Source: a bacterium (GTDB taxonomy: Bacteria > Patescibacteriota > Patescibacteriia > UBA9934). From it: a stretch of 64,000 nt of DNA. Made by a program: the position numbers and the translations under genes. The stretch lies in the NCBI GenBank assembly GCA_027592325.1, contig JAQCKO010000003.1, forward strand, positions 941-64,940. The letters run 5' to 3'. This document shows, one piece after another, positions 7,929 through 15,359 of this stretch (the stretch's first letter is position 1; every line of letters starts with the position of its first letter). The notes under the pieces were generated by a model. It was not told where the DNA came from. It made no database searches and was given only the letters and a program-made list of their open reading frames with translations.

Positions 7929-8668
7929 ATAAATTGATCCATCGCCATCAGGGACTCCAAGTTTGCCGTTCTGAATCCGTCCAGTATTCGGAGCCAATAA
8001 AAATTCACCGTCTTGTGCGGTGGATTTTTATTGGCTCTGGAGGGGGTAGGACAGTCCTGAGGACTGTCCGTGGGATGAGAACGGCCGGAGGCATATGTCG
8101 TCAGCAGACGACATGCCGAGGCCTGGTCCTGAGTGCGGTTTTCTGCAGAAAACCGACACGACGGCGAATCCCACCCCCGGAGCCAGGCTAGACGATCAGC
8201 ATCAAAGCTGATCGTTTTGCTTTTCTGAGGTATGTAATCAGATAGATTTAGTACCAAATTAAAAGGACTTCTTAATTCTAACAGTAATTTGCGATCCTTT
8301 AATTCTGGGTTCTGAACGAGGAAATTAATGAATTGGCGTTTTTCGTGTAATTCAGCACCTTCGAATATTTCTCGAGAACGACGAGCCACGGAAAGTACCG
8401 TGGCTACTGTCGTTTTGTAGTCATGATCTGCTTGAGTATGTTCTCCAAGCTCTATATTTAGACGCTGAAGACGATCTGTAAGCTCTTGCAGTTTTGTGTC
8501 GTAATCCTCCTTAGTAATCCGCACATTGAACTGGACACAACTTCGAAGGATTGGGATGGGTGTGTAGAAACGATTCTCAAACTGCTCGACGATGAGAGAA
8601 ACTGAACCATCAACAGCTTCAGCTCTGGCTACTTCACTGTTCTGAATGCGTCCAGTATCGGGAACCAA
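7925..8668 (-). CDS. hypothetical protein, probably a truncated or decaying gene
   Basis: Only ORF between R0 and R2. The N-terminal 150 codons (8230-8668) look protein-like. The C-terminal 95 codons read through the terminator, R0, the structured segment and R1 and are Pro/Ser/Arg-rich (likely non-coding read-through). A 25-codon homologous remnant (HEESQFINALVQTP) sits at 14954-15039. Confidence 0.3.
   Translation of the reverse strand: MVPDTGRIQNSEVARAEAVDGSVSLIVEQFENRFYTPIPILRSCVQFNVRITKEDYDTKLQELTDRLQRLNIELGEHTQADHDYKTTVATVLSVARRSREIFEGAELHEKRQFINFLVQNPELKDRKLLLELRSPFNLVLNLSDYIPQKSKTISFDADRLAWLRGWDSPSCRFSAENRTQDQASACRLLTTYASGRSHPTDSPQDCPTPSRANKNPPHKTVNFYWLRILDGFRTANLESLMAMDQFI
7968..7996 (+). 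repeat. junction repeat R1 (GTTCTGAATCCGTCCAGTATTCGGAGCCA), tRNA 3'-end-like
   Basis: 29-nt core ending in CGGAGCCA. Its last 6 nt begin a 47-nt near-perfect inverted repeat (7991-8037). Confidence 0.75.
7991..8037 (+). repeat. long hairpin GAGCCAATAAAAATTCACCG-TCTTGTG-CGGTGGATTTTTATTGGCTC (class B junction hairpin)
   Basis: 20-nt arms with one mismatch. The same hairpin core recurs at 9849-9885 after R3. Confidence 0.7.
8038..8164 (+). other. GC-rich highly structured segment with three perfect hairpins (candidate ncRNA or recombination-site arm)
   Basis: Hairpins GGACAGTCC-TGA-GGACTGTCC, ATGTCGTC-AGCA-GACGACAT with extended flanking pairing, and CGGTTTTCTG/CAGAAAACCG. GC content is well above the flanks, with an exact tRNA 3'-end copy at its 3' edge. 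Confidence 0.4.
8165..8185 (+). repeat. R0: exact 21-nt direct repeat of tRNA-Asn 3' end (CGAATCCCACCCCCGGAGCCA = 7116-7136)
   Basis: Perfect identity to the tRNA 3' end. Candidate att core delimiting a 1.07-kb unit. Confidence 0.85.
8192..8226 (+). terminator. intrinsic terminator (ACGATCAGC-ATCAAA-GCTGATCGT plus T-run)
   Basis: 9-bp perfect stem followed by TTTGCTTTTCT. A similar GACGATCAG hairpin follows R7 at 14846-14880. Confidence 0.65.
8639..8667 (+). repeat. junction repeat R2 (degenerate, ends GGGAACCA)
   Basis: GTTCTGAATGCGTCCAGTATCGGGAACCA followed by a degenerate class B hairpin (GCGGCGGATTTTT). Confidence 0.55.
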
Positions 8669-8724
8669 TAATCCTTCGCTAATTTCAGCGGCGGATTTTT
8701 GATACCCAAATAAAATTCAGAACC

Positions 8725-9819
8725 GTGGTAAAATCTTCGGGTGTGAAATTTGAACATAGAAGAACAGTCGAATATGTAGAATCGGCTAAAGTCAGTTTAG
8801 AAGATTTTGATGTTGGAGATACTCTAGAGGCATTGGCGGGTATTGCGTTAAAAGACGAAACTCAAAAGCGCGTATTGGAACTTCAAGAAAAAAAAAGGGG
8901 GGTAATGGAGTGGTTGAAAAATCAACGTACCAAAATTAACAATGGTGAAAAGATAGAATTGCATGAACAGCATTCGAAAATTTTCCATGTTGTTTATCAA
9001 GATGGCGCTTTCATCGGGAGTGACGGTGAACAAAGCTTTGATTTAACATTAGGCGAGTTGTTAACAGATGCATCTTGGGGCATTGATTATGATCTTGACA
9101 TGGATTCGGTGCCTTCAGATATAGCAAAGCAATATATTTTATCTAGAGCTAAAAGGATGCTGCGTGAATTGCTAAACAGGCAACTGGTTTTAATCGAATT
9201 GGATGTAAATAACGACGATCAGCAGAAGAAGTCCTTTTCAGCTGTTGGTGAAAGACAGAAGCAAGGAAGAGAGCTGATAGCTCAAGATCAGGGTTTTATT
9301 GCTGAAGAGATGATATTAAATTTAATAAAAAAACTAGTCATAGATCACGATTTGCCAGTTGAAATAGAGGAAGTAGATGTTTATGACGATGTGGTTAATA
9401 AAGTTGATTATGTTATCAGGAGAACTGATCGTAAAAGAGGGGTTGAAATTGATGTGATTGATGAAGAAAGTCCTGAACGGATAGGTGTTCAGTTCACACT
9501 CATGTTTCGAAAGGCCTCTATGGTTGGTAAGCGTAAAACAGTCTTACAGGCATTGAGAAGAGGTATGGTAGGTGAACTGCAAGATTTACAGGATATTGCT
9601 GTAGTAAATGTTCACCCAGCATATATAAAGCGATCAGTTAACACATGGAAAAAAACTAGAAAACCTGGCGGGCCGGACAATTGTTTAGAGGTAGCTGCTA
9701 AGGTAGATTTAGTTCAAAAAATGCTAAAAGATTTATTTTCAGAAAATGAAATAGATGAAATTGTAAGTGAAGTTTACGGCGTTGATAGAAATAAAACTAA
9801 AATTCGCAGAACCTATTAA
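8725..9819 (+). CDS. hypothetical protein
   Basis: 364-aa ORF filling cassette R2-R3, with no recognisable motifs. Confidence 0.5.
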   Translation: MVKSSGVKFEHRRTVEYVESAKVSLEDFDVGDTLEALAGIALKDETQKRVLELQEKKRGVMEWLKNQRTKINNGEKIELHEQHSKIFHVVYQDGAFIGSDGEQSFDLTLGELLTDASWGIDYDLDMDSVPSDIAKQYILSRAKRMLRELLNRQLVLIELDVNNDDQQKKSFSAVGERQKQGRELIAQDQGFIAEEMILNLIKKLVIDHDLPVEIEEVDVYDDVVNKVDYVIRRTDRKRGVEIDVIDEESPERIGVQFTLMFRKASMVGKRKTVLQALRRGMVGELQDLQDIAVVNVHPAYIKRSVNTWKKTRKPGGPDNCLEVAAKVDLVQKMLKDLFSENEIDEIVSEVYGVDRNKTKIRRTY

Positions 9820-9848
9820 GTTCTAACATCCTCCACGATGCGGAGCCA
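9820..9848 (+). repeat. junction repeat R3 (GTTCTAACATCCTCCACGATGCGGAGCCA)
   Basis: Followed by the class B hairpin AAAAATTCACCG-TCTTGTG-CGGTGGATTTTT (9849-9885). Confidence 0.75.
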
Positions 9849-9936
9849 ATAAAAATTCACCGTCTTGTGCGGTGGATTTTTGTATTTCCAATCACCCTCC
9901 CAGATTTCTTGCCGAAATGATACACTTGGTCACAAT

Positions 9937-10761
9937 ATGAACGTGAAAGAATTTTATAAACATTCATCAAAGGAAATCGTCGATCTATTTCGTGATTTTA
10001 TTGAAAAAGATTGTTTCAGCCAATATCCTGAATTAAAGGATAAGTTGAGCTTCGTGCTCACGGGATCCGTACCCTCGAATCACTATGATCAATATAGTGA
10101 TATTGATTGTAATTTGTTATTCGAGAACGAATCTGATCTGGCCATGATTAAGGAAGCTGTAAAAAAGTATAAGATGAGCTTACGGGAACAAAAACTTCCG
10201 ATTCAGCTTCACTCCCCAATGACGTTTAGCGAATTGGAAAACTCCTTGACCAATTGGAATCATGATTCGGCTTTACGTGAACACGCGGCAGCACTCGTCA
10301 TTTTTGACCCACACGATCGCTATAAAACAATTCAATCGCGGATCAAATGGTATCCAAAAGAAGTATTACAAGAAAAGATTCAATGGCTTTTTGCCGAATC
10401 TATTTTTGCGTTTGAAGATCGTCTTGTTGTGGCCGTGGAACGTGAAAATGATCTCTATGTACGCTCGTTGAGTTTACAGATAGTGAAACTGCTAGCCAAC
10501 GCACTCATCATGATAAATGACCGCTATCCTGTATTTGAAAAGCATATATATTTTAATCTCCGTGATCTCGGTGAAAATGAGTTTTGTGCTCAAATCGACT
10601 TGCTCCTGAGCATGACCGAGACAGATGAAATCCAAAGGTCTATTACTGATATCATCGATACCGTGGAACAACGCCTTATTAAAGCTGGTTTTATGGAAAA
10701 ACAGCCCAAAGAGCATTGGATACAGCTTCGTCCTAAGTTTCAGATTGAAGGATGCGCCTAG
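9937..10761 (+). CDS. polymerase-beta-superfamily nucleotidyltransferase domain protein
   Basis: LTGS-x10-DID matches the hG[GS]-x9-13-DhD minimal nucleotidyltransferase signature. Helical C-terminal domain. Start trimmed to ATG 9937. Confidence 0.6.
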   Translation: MNVKEFYKHSSKEIVDLFRDFIEKDCFSQYPELKDKLSFVLTGSVPSNHYDQYSDIDCNLLFENESDLAMIKEAVKKYKMSLREQKLPIQLHSPMTFSELENSLTNWNHDSALREHAAALVIFDPHDRYKTIQSRIKWYPKEVLQEKIQWLFAESIFAFEDRLVVAVERENDLYVRSLSLQIVKLLANALIMINDRYPVFEKHIYFNLRDLGENEFCAQIDLLLSMTETDEIQRSITDIIDTVEQRLIKAGFMEKQPKEHWIQLRPKFQIEGCA

Positions 10762-10841
10762 AAGGATTCAATGAATTTTGCAAATGTTCCATGCTGACTT
10801 AGACCTGGTATACTCATTCAAACCTCACAAAGAGTTTTTTT

Positions 10842-11861
10842 ATGGCAGAAAGACCAACGTTTAATCCTGAAATCAGAGAACTGCATGAAGGTGTAAAGAA
10901 GTTTGAAATCGTCGATGTAGAAGGTAATCGGTTAGGAGTTTGTGAATCTGTATTTGAAAAACACCCAACCAATGAACAGTACAAAGTTTTGCAGAGATGT
11001 GAACTTACTGCTGCAAACGGTGAAAAAATTGACTTGCTTCAGATGCCTGATGGTGAAAGAAGCAATGTCGAGGTTTTATTTGTCGACAATCCACGGATTG
11101 AAGAACAATATCTGATGCGTGTTGGTACCGTAGTTTTAGTTAATCGAGACATGACCTCCATTGATGACATTGCCGTATTATTGCATGAGATGGGACATGA
11201 CGAGCAGGCTCGCTCTTCTGATGGTTTCTCAGAAGTTTACAATGCGATGCACATTAACAACGACCTGCCATATGATGATTTTTCACGAGCGTTTCGTGAT
11301 TTAAGCGACAGTTTTCGAGTTCTTTATGCTTATATTGAAATGGTAGATCGTGATGTACCAATGCACGTTAAGCTTGATCAGGATTTAGAAGAAGAAATTA
11401 GAAATGCCGTAGCGGAATTTAAGCGTTTACATTTAGACGATGCAAAAGAATCTGATCGCATTAAAAAAGAAGTTGGTAGGGGTTATCTAGAGTGGTCCGA
11501 GGATGAGGAGCGTTATAACAAAGATCACCTAGCTGGGATTCGGGCCTTATCGTCCTCTACAGAGAGTGTTCTAAAAAAACATCCAAAGCTTCGTGGCATT
11601 TACACCGATATGGTTTTATGGCAGGAACGGGATGCTTCTGACCGAGCACGCGCTCGACTGAACGTTTTTGTCGAACAGGGAATGAATCTTGTTGACGCAA
11701 AGTTTCCTCTCACCGATCGAGAAATAGCTATGGCTGAAAATAACTTAACGCACAAATCGAGAAGGATGCAGGAGGCAACGAGGGCCTATCTTGAAGATCG
11801 AGACAAGACGATCGATGAGCGGCTTAAATTCTCGTATCAAACGTATGAATGTACGCATTGA
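10842..11861 (+). CDS. hypothetical protein with HExxH (zincin-like) motif, possible metallopeptidase
   Basis: LLHEMGHDEQ motif. Shares a cassette with the nucleotidyltransferase, with no junction repeat between them. Confidence 0.45.
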   Translation: MAERPTFNPEIRELHEGVKKFEIVDVEGNRLGVCESVFEKHPTNEQYKVLQRCELTAANGEKIDLLQMPDGERSNVEVLFVDNPRIEEQYLMRVGTVVLVNRDMTSIDDIAVLLHEMGHDEQARSSDGFSEVYNAMHINNDLPYDDFSRAFRDLSDSFRVLYAYIEMVDRDVPMHVKLDQDLEEEIRNAVAEFKRLHLDDAKESDRIKKEVGRGYLEWSEDEERYNKDHLAGIRALSSSTESVLKKHPKLRGIYTDMVLWQERDASDRARARLNVFVEQGMNLVDAKFPLTDREIAMAENNLTHKSRRMQEATRAYLEDRDKTIDERLKFSYQTYECTH

Positions 11862-11884
11862 TTGGTGAATTCTGTTCAACGGCA

Positions 11885-11913
11885 GTTCTAACATCCTCCA
11901 CGATGCGGAGCCA
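11885..11913 (+). repeat. junction repeat R4 (identical core to R3/R5)
   Basis: GTTCTAACATCCTCCACGATGCGGAGCCA followed by a class A terminator (ACCGG-TTTCA-CTGGT plus T-run). Confidence 0.75.
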
Positions 11914-12014
11914 ACAAAAACATACCGGTTTCACTGGTGTTTTTTTGTTTGTTTCAAAGCTATCTAGAGTGGGAATTGAACTTTCTTGATATAATGAATC
12001 TAGAAGATTGAATT

Positions 12015-13001
12015 ATGCGCAAATCATTCGATATTCCTCAACGCAGGTCAGATGTTGAGAAGCCCCCTGCACCAGAACTTAGGTTCTTCTTCTCTGCTCA
12101 CGGACAAATTCAAGACTATGAAGGTATCCAAGAAGCTTTACAGGATGCTGATGTTTTTGTTGTAGAAGCACACGGATGGAACGAAGATGATCTAAGGTAT
12201 CTTCAAGAAATTTCAGATGGAACCAAGGTTCCGAGGCACATAGAGGAAAAACGTGAACCACAAGATGTTATTGAATATGAGGAAGACTTGCTTTATAAAA
12301 CTGGTAAACGGATTGAAATCGTTGACGTACCCGAAGGCCACGAATTAGACAAAGAAGACGATGGAACAGCTGGGATATCTGAGGCTGCGCGCACTTTTAT
12401 TGCTCGTGGAGATCTAGAATCTGCACTTGCAGCGCTAGATACGGCAGTAAAGATGAATGCGGAGTACATTAGAAAAAAAGATGAGTATATTGAAGGTCAA
12501 TTGGATGCTCTTTTGAAGAAGCTTTCAATTGAGGATCCAAATGCGAAAGTGTTGGTTCAGATAGGATCGACACATACAGGCATTTCGCACGACTTAAGAA
12601 GAGAAGGAATAGCAAGTCGAGTACGTAATAGTGTAAAATTCGATTTTAAAGATGAGCTTGTTCGTTCTTATCGATTCAAAAAATCTCCTGAGAGGGATCT
12701 ATTAATAAAAGTCTTGATTGAAGAGGTGTTAAGAACAAGTTTTCAAGATCAACTCAGAAAGGTGCCATATATTCAGCGAGTCGATTTTTTCAGAAAGCAT
12801 TTAGCAAATATAACTGAGGAACAGATTCAAAATTTGGGCTATAAGACAGAGTCTAAGTTCTTTGATCGAGTGATTATGCGCTATGAGAATTACACACCAG
12901 AGCTTAAGAGACAGATTTTGACTGAATCATGGCAAGTTGTCTTCGGGGCGGCTATCGATGAAAGTATTGCAAAGTTAGTAAATCAGCAGCATGATCGATG
13001 A
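12015..13001 (+). CDS. hypothetical protein
   Basis: 328-aa ORF in cassette R4-R5, with no recognisable motifs. Confidence 0.5.
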   Translation: MRKSFDIPQRRSDVEKPPAPELRFFFSAHGQIQDYEGIQEALQDADVFVVEAHGWNEDDLRYLQEISDGTKVPRHIEEKREPQDVIEYEEDLLYKTGKRIEIVDVPEGHELDKEDDGTAGISEAARTFIARGDLESALAALDTAVKMNAEYIRKKDEYIEGQLDALLKKLSIEDPNAKVLVQIGSTHTGISHDLRREGIASRVRNSVKFDFKDELVRSYRFKKSPERDLLIKVLIEEVLRTSFQDQLRKVPYIQRVDFFRKHLANITEEQIQNLGYKTESKFFDRVIMRYENYTPELKRQILTESWQVVFGAAIDESIAKLVNQQHDR

Positions 13002-13006
13002 TCTTG

Positions 13007-13035
13007 GTTCTAACATCCTCCACGATGCGGAGCCA
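13007..13035 (+). repeat. junction repeat R5
   Basis: Identical 29-mer to R3/R4. Followed by a class A terminator (CATCGG-GTTTA-CTGGTG plus T8) and conserved block P2 (13069-13110). Confidence 0.8.
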
Positions 13036-13118
13036 GCAAAAGACATCGGGTTTACTGGTGTTTTTTTTGTTTGACCCAAATGGGACTTCGGAACAAGAAT
13101 TTGATAAACTGGTTTTAT

Positions 13119-14009
13119 ATGAAAAATGCATTCAACCTGCAAATCCCTGAGATGAAAGACATTCTGGCAGATCCTGAGATAGAGAAGTCCGTATCGGACA
13201 TGTTGGGAACCGTTTTGAGTTACCTCGGAATTCCAGACGACGCAACTGGGCGTGTAGTTGAGGAAACGTTCGACAAAACGAAAAAGGCGGTGTCAATCAC
13301 CGAATACGAGAAGAATGTACACGCTCTGCTTGATCGCGAGGGCGTAGTAGCCGCATTTCCACATAAGCTACTTGAGCGTACAAAGATCATGGTAGAAGAG
13401 CTTAGACCGTATCTTCTTGAGGGTAGCGTGCTAGATTTGGGATGTGGTGACGGCAAGACAGGGGAACTGCTAGCCGATACGCATGAAGTACAACTAGCGG
13501 ACGTGTTTGAACATCTGCACATCAAGGAAACGGGCTTGGACTTTACGTTTTTCAAGCAGGGCGAGCTTGTACCTATTGAAGATAACTCGTTCGACAATAC
13601 GTTAAGTATCTACGTATATCATCACAGCGACGATCCAATACAATCAATGCTCGAGGCGAAGCGGGTCACTCGGTCTGGTGGGAGAATCATTGTAATGGAA
13701 TCGGTTTATGGAGTGGACGAGTTGCTTCTCAGCGATGAACAGAAAGAGAAAGCTAAACCATTCTTACGCTTATCTGCGGAACAGCAGCGTTTATGTAACA
13801 TTTTTTTTGACCATTTCTGGAATCGGGTATTGATGTATAGCGATGACCCAAGCATGAAGATCAACGTTCCATTCAATTTTAATACTCCCGATGGTTGGAA
13901 GAAGATCTTTGAGGCTAATGGTCTTACACAGGAGAAAATGATTCACATGGGTATGGATCAACCAACCGTTCCTGAGTACCACACGATGCATATTTTGCGA
14001 GTAAACTAA
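13119..14009 (+). CDS. class I SAM-dependent methyltransferase
   Basis: VLDLGCGDGKTG motif I. Start trimmed to ATG 13119, after the conserved block. Confidence 0.7.
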   Translation: MKNAFNLQIPEMKDILADPEIEKSVSDMLGTVLSYLGIPDDATGRVVEETFDKTKKAVSITEYEKNVHALLDREGVVAAFPHKLLERTKIMVEELRPYLLEGSVLDLGCGDGKTGELLADTHEVQLADVFEHLHIKETGLDFTFFKQGELVPIEDNSFDNTLSIYVYHHSDDPIQSMLEAKRVTRSGGRIIVMESVYGVDELLLSDEQKEKAKPFLRLSAEQQRLCNIFFDHFWNRVLMYSDDPSMKINVPFNFNTPDGWKKIFEANGLTQEKMIHMGMDQPTVPEYHTMHILRVN

Positions 14010-14092
14010 TTTTTGAATGTGTTTACAAAAAGTTGAATGTATTCATGATAGAAACTGATCTATTGTAGGCCTTTAATGATGCCCAATGCACG

Positions 14093-14121
14093 GTTCTGAA
14101 CCCGTTCAGTATTCGGAGCCA
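14093..14121 (+). repeat. junction repeat R6 (GTTCTGAACCCGTTCAGTATTCGGAGCCA)
   Basis: Followed by the terminator TCAAAAAATCTCAGTTTTACTGAGGTTTTTTG, which is near-identical to the one after the tRNA, then block P3 (14152-14193). Confidence 0.8.
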
Positions 14122-14203
14122 TCAAAAAATCTCAGTTTTACTGAGGTTTTTTGTTTGATCCAAATGGGACTTCAGTACAAGAATTTGATAAACTAATATT
14201 TGT

Positions 14204-14776
14204 ATGAACGTTGCTGAACAAATTCAAAAGATGGTTACCGATGGGGTTTTGATCATTGCCATAGATGGTCATGGTGGTTCTGGCAAATCTTCCCTCGGAA
14301 GGATGTTGGGAGAAAAACTTCATGCCACAGTTTTCCATACCGATGATTTTGCTTCATGGGATAACCCAACCGAGTGGTACGAGGATATGATCGAGCAAGT
14401 CTTTATACCTATTGAAAATGGCGTAAAGACATTGAGTTATGAATTGTCAGTATGGGAAAAAGGTAAATCTCGTGGAAAAATTGAGAACCAGCCAGTAACG
14501 AACATTATCATCGTGGAAGGTGTCGGTGCGAGCAGAGCGGAGTTTCGCAAGTATCTCGACTTTTCCATCCTTGTCGATGTTCCTGAAAGCATTTGTATTG
14601 AAAGAGGGGTAAGTAGAGATCTTGCAGACATGCCCCACAAATCGAAAACGGAAATACGGAAACTTTGGCTTGATTGGATGGAAGAGGAGCGAAAGTATTT
14701 TTCAAAGCATCAACCCAAGGAAAATGCTGACGTTATTCTTGATGGAACAAAGTCGTTTGCTGAACAGATCGACTGA
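14204..14776 (+). CDS. P-loop nucleoside/nucleotide kinase-like protein (uridine-kinase/CPT-like fold)
   Basis: Walker A AIDGHGGSGKSS and Walker B-like IIIVEGVGA. 190 aa. Confidence 0.55.
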   Translation: MNVAEQIQKMVTDGVLIIAIDGHGGSGKSSLGRMLGEKLHATVFHTDDFASWDNPTEWYEDMIEQVFIPIENGVKTLSYELSVWEKGKSRGKIENQPVTNIIIVEGVGASRAEFRKYLDFSILVDVPESICIERGVSRDLADMPHKSKTEIRKLWLDWMEEERKYFSKHQPKENADVILDGTKSFAEQID

Positions 14777-14816
14777 CAAACTGAGCCATCATAGGCTTAA
14801 CTCCTGCCACTTGACC

Positions 14817-14845
14817 GTTCTGAACCCGTCCACGATGCGGAGCCA
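14817..14845 (+). repeat. junction repeat R7 (GTTCTGAACCCGTCCACGATGCGGAGCCA)
   Basis: Preceded by a 40-nt extension (14777-14816) that is 100% identical to 20425-20464. Followed by the terminator ACGATCAGTA-GAAA-TACTGGTCGT plus T-run. Confidence 0.8.
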
Positions 14846-15359
14846 AGAAGGACGATCAGTAGAAATACTGGTCGTTTTTCTTTGTGCTACTGAATAGTGT
14901 GCGAATTCTAGTACTGTATTCATTGGTTCTTTAGCTCAATAATGAATTCCCGTTCTTTCAATTAGGGAGTCTGAACAAGGGCATTGATGAACTGGCTTTC
15001 TTCATGCAAATCTATTGGCGAGCAGAAGGTAATATTGAGTCATGACATACTGAATACAAATGGATTGAGTTTGGCGATATAAAAAAATATCTTGGCACAA
15101 TCAAAACAATGAGATCGTGGCGATAAAATCAAAAATTCAAGACCTGACCCCTTTACGGTAGCATTGGCGAGTTGCTGCAACTCGGAGCACCTTCCACGGG
15201 TGGTCCTTACGTTTTAAAGGCGGAAATCGTGACAAAGTGAATGCACTTTTTTCTGGCAGGTCTTCTATGGTGGCTGTTTATGGGGGAGGTGCGTTTTGCA
15301 AGAGCTTGCCGCGTAAGGAGAAGAAGTGATGAGAGTTATTATTTGCTATACTTCTTCAT

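Noticed and set aside
8033-8185. Second tRNA, intron-containing tRNA, tmRNA or SRP RNA ending in ...CCCCGGAGCCA
   Set aside because: The upstream sequence (CTGGAGGGGG) cannot pair with the CCCCGGA acceptor strand. There is no D arm or anticodon arm, no tmRNA tag frame and no SRP GGAA domain IV motif. Only the last 21 nt match the tRNA, so this is an att-type repeat and not an RNA gene end.
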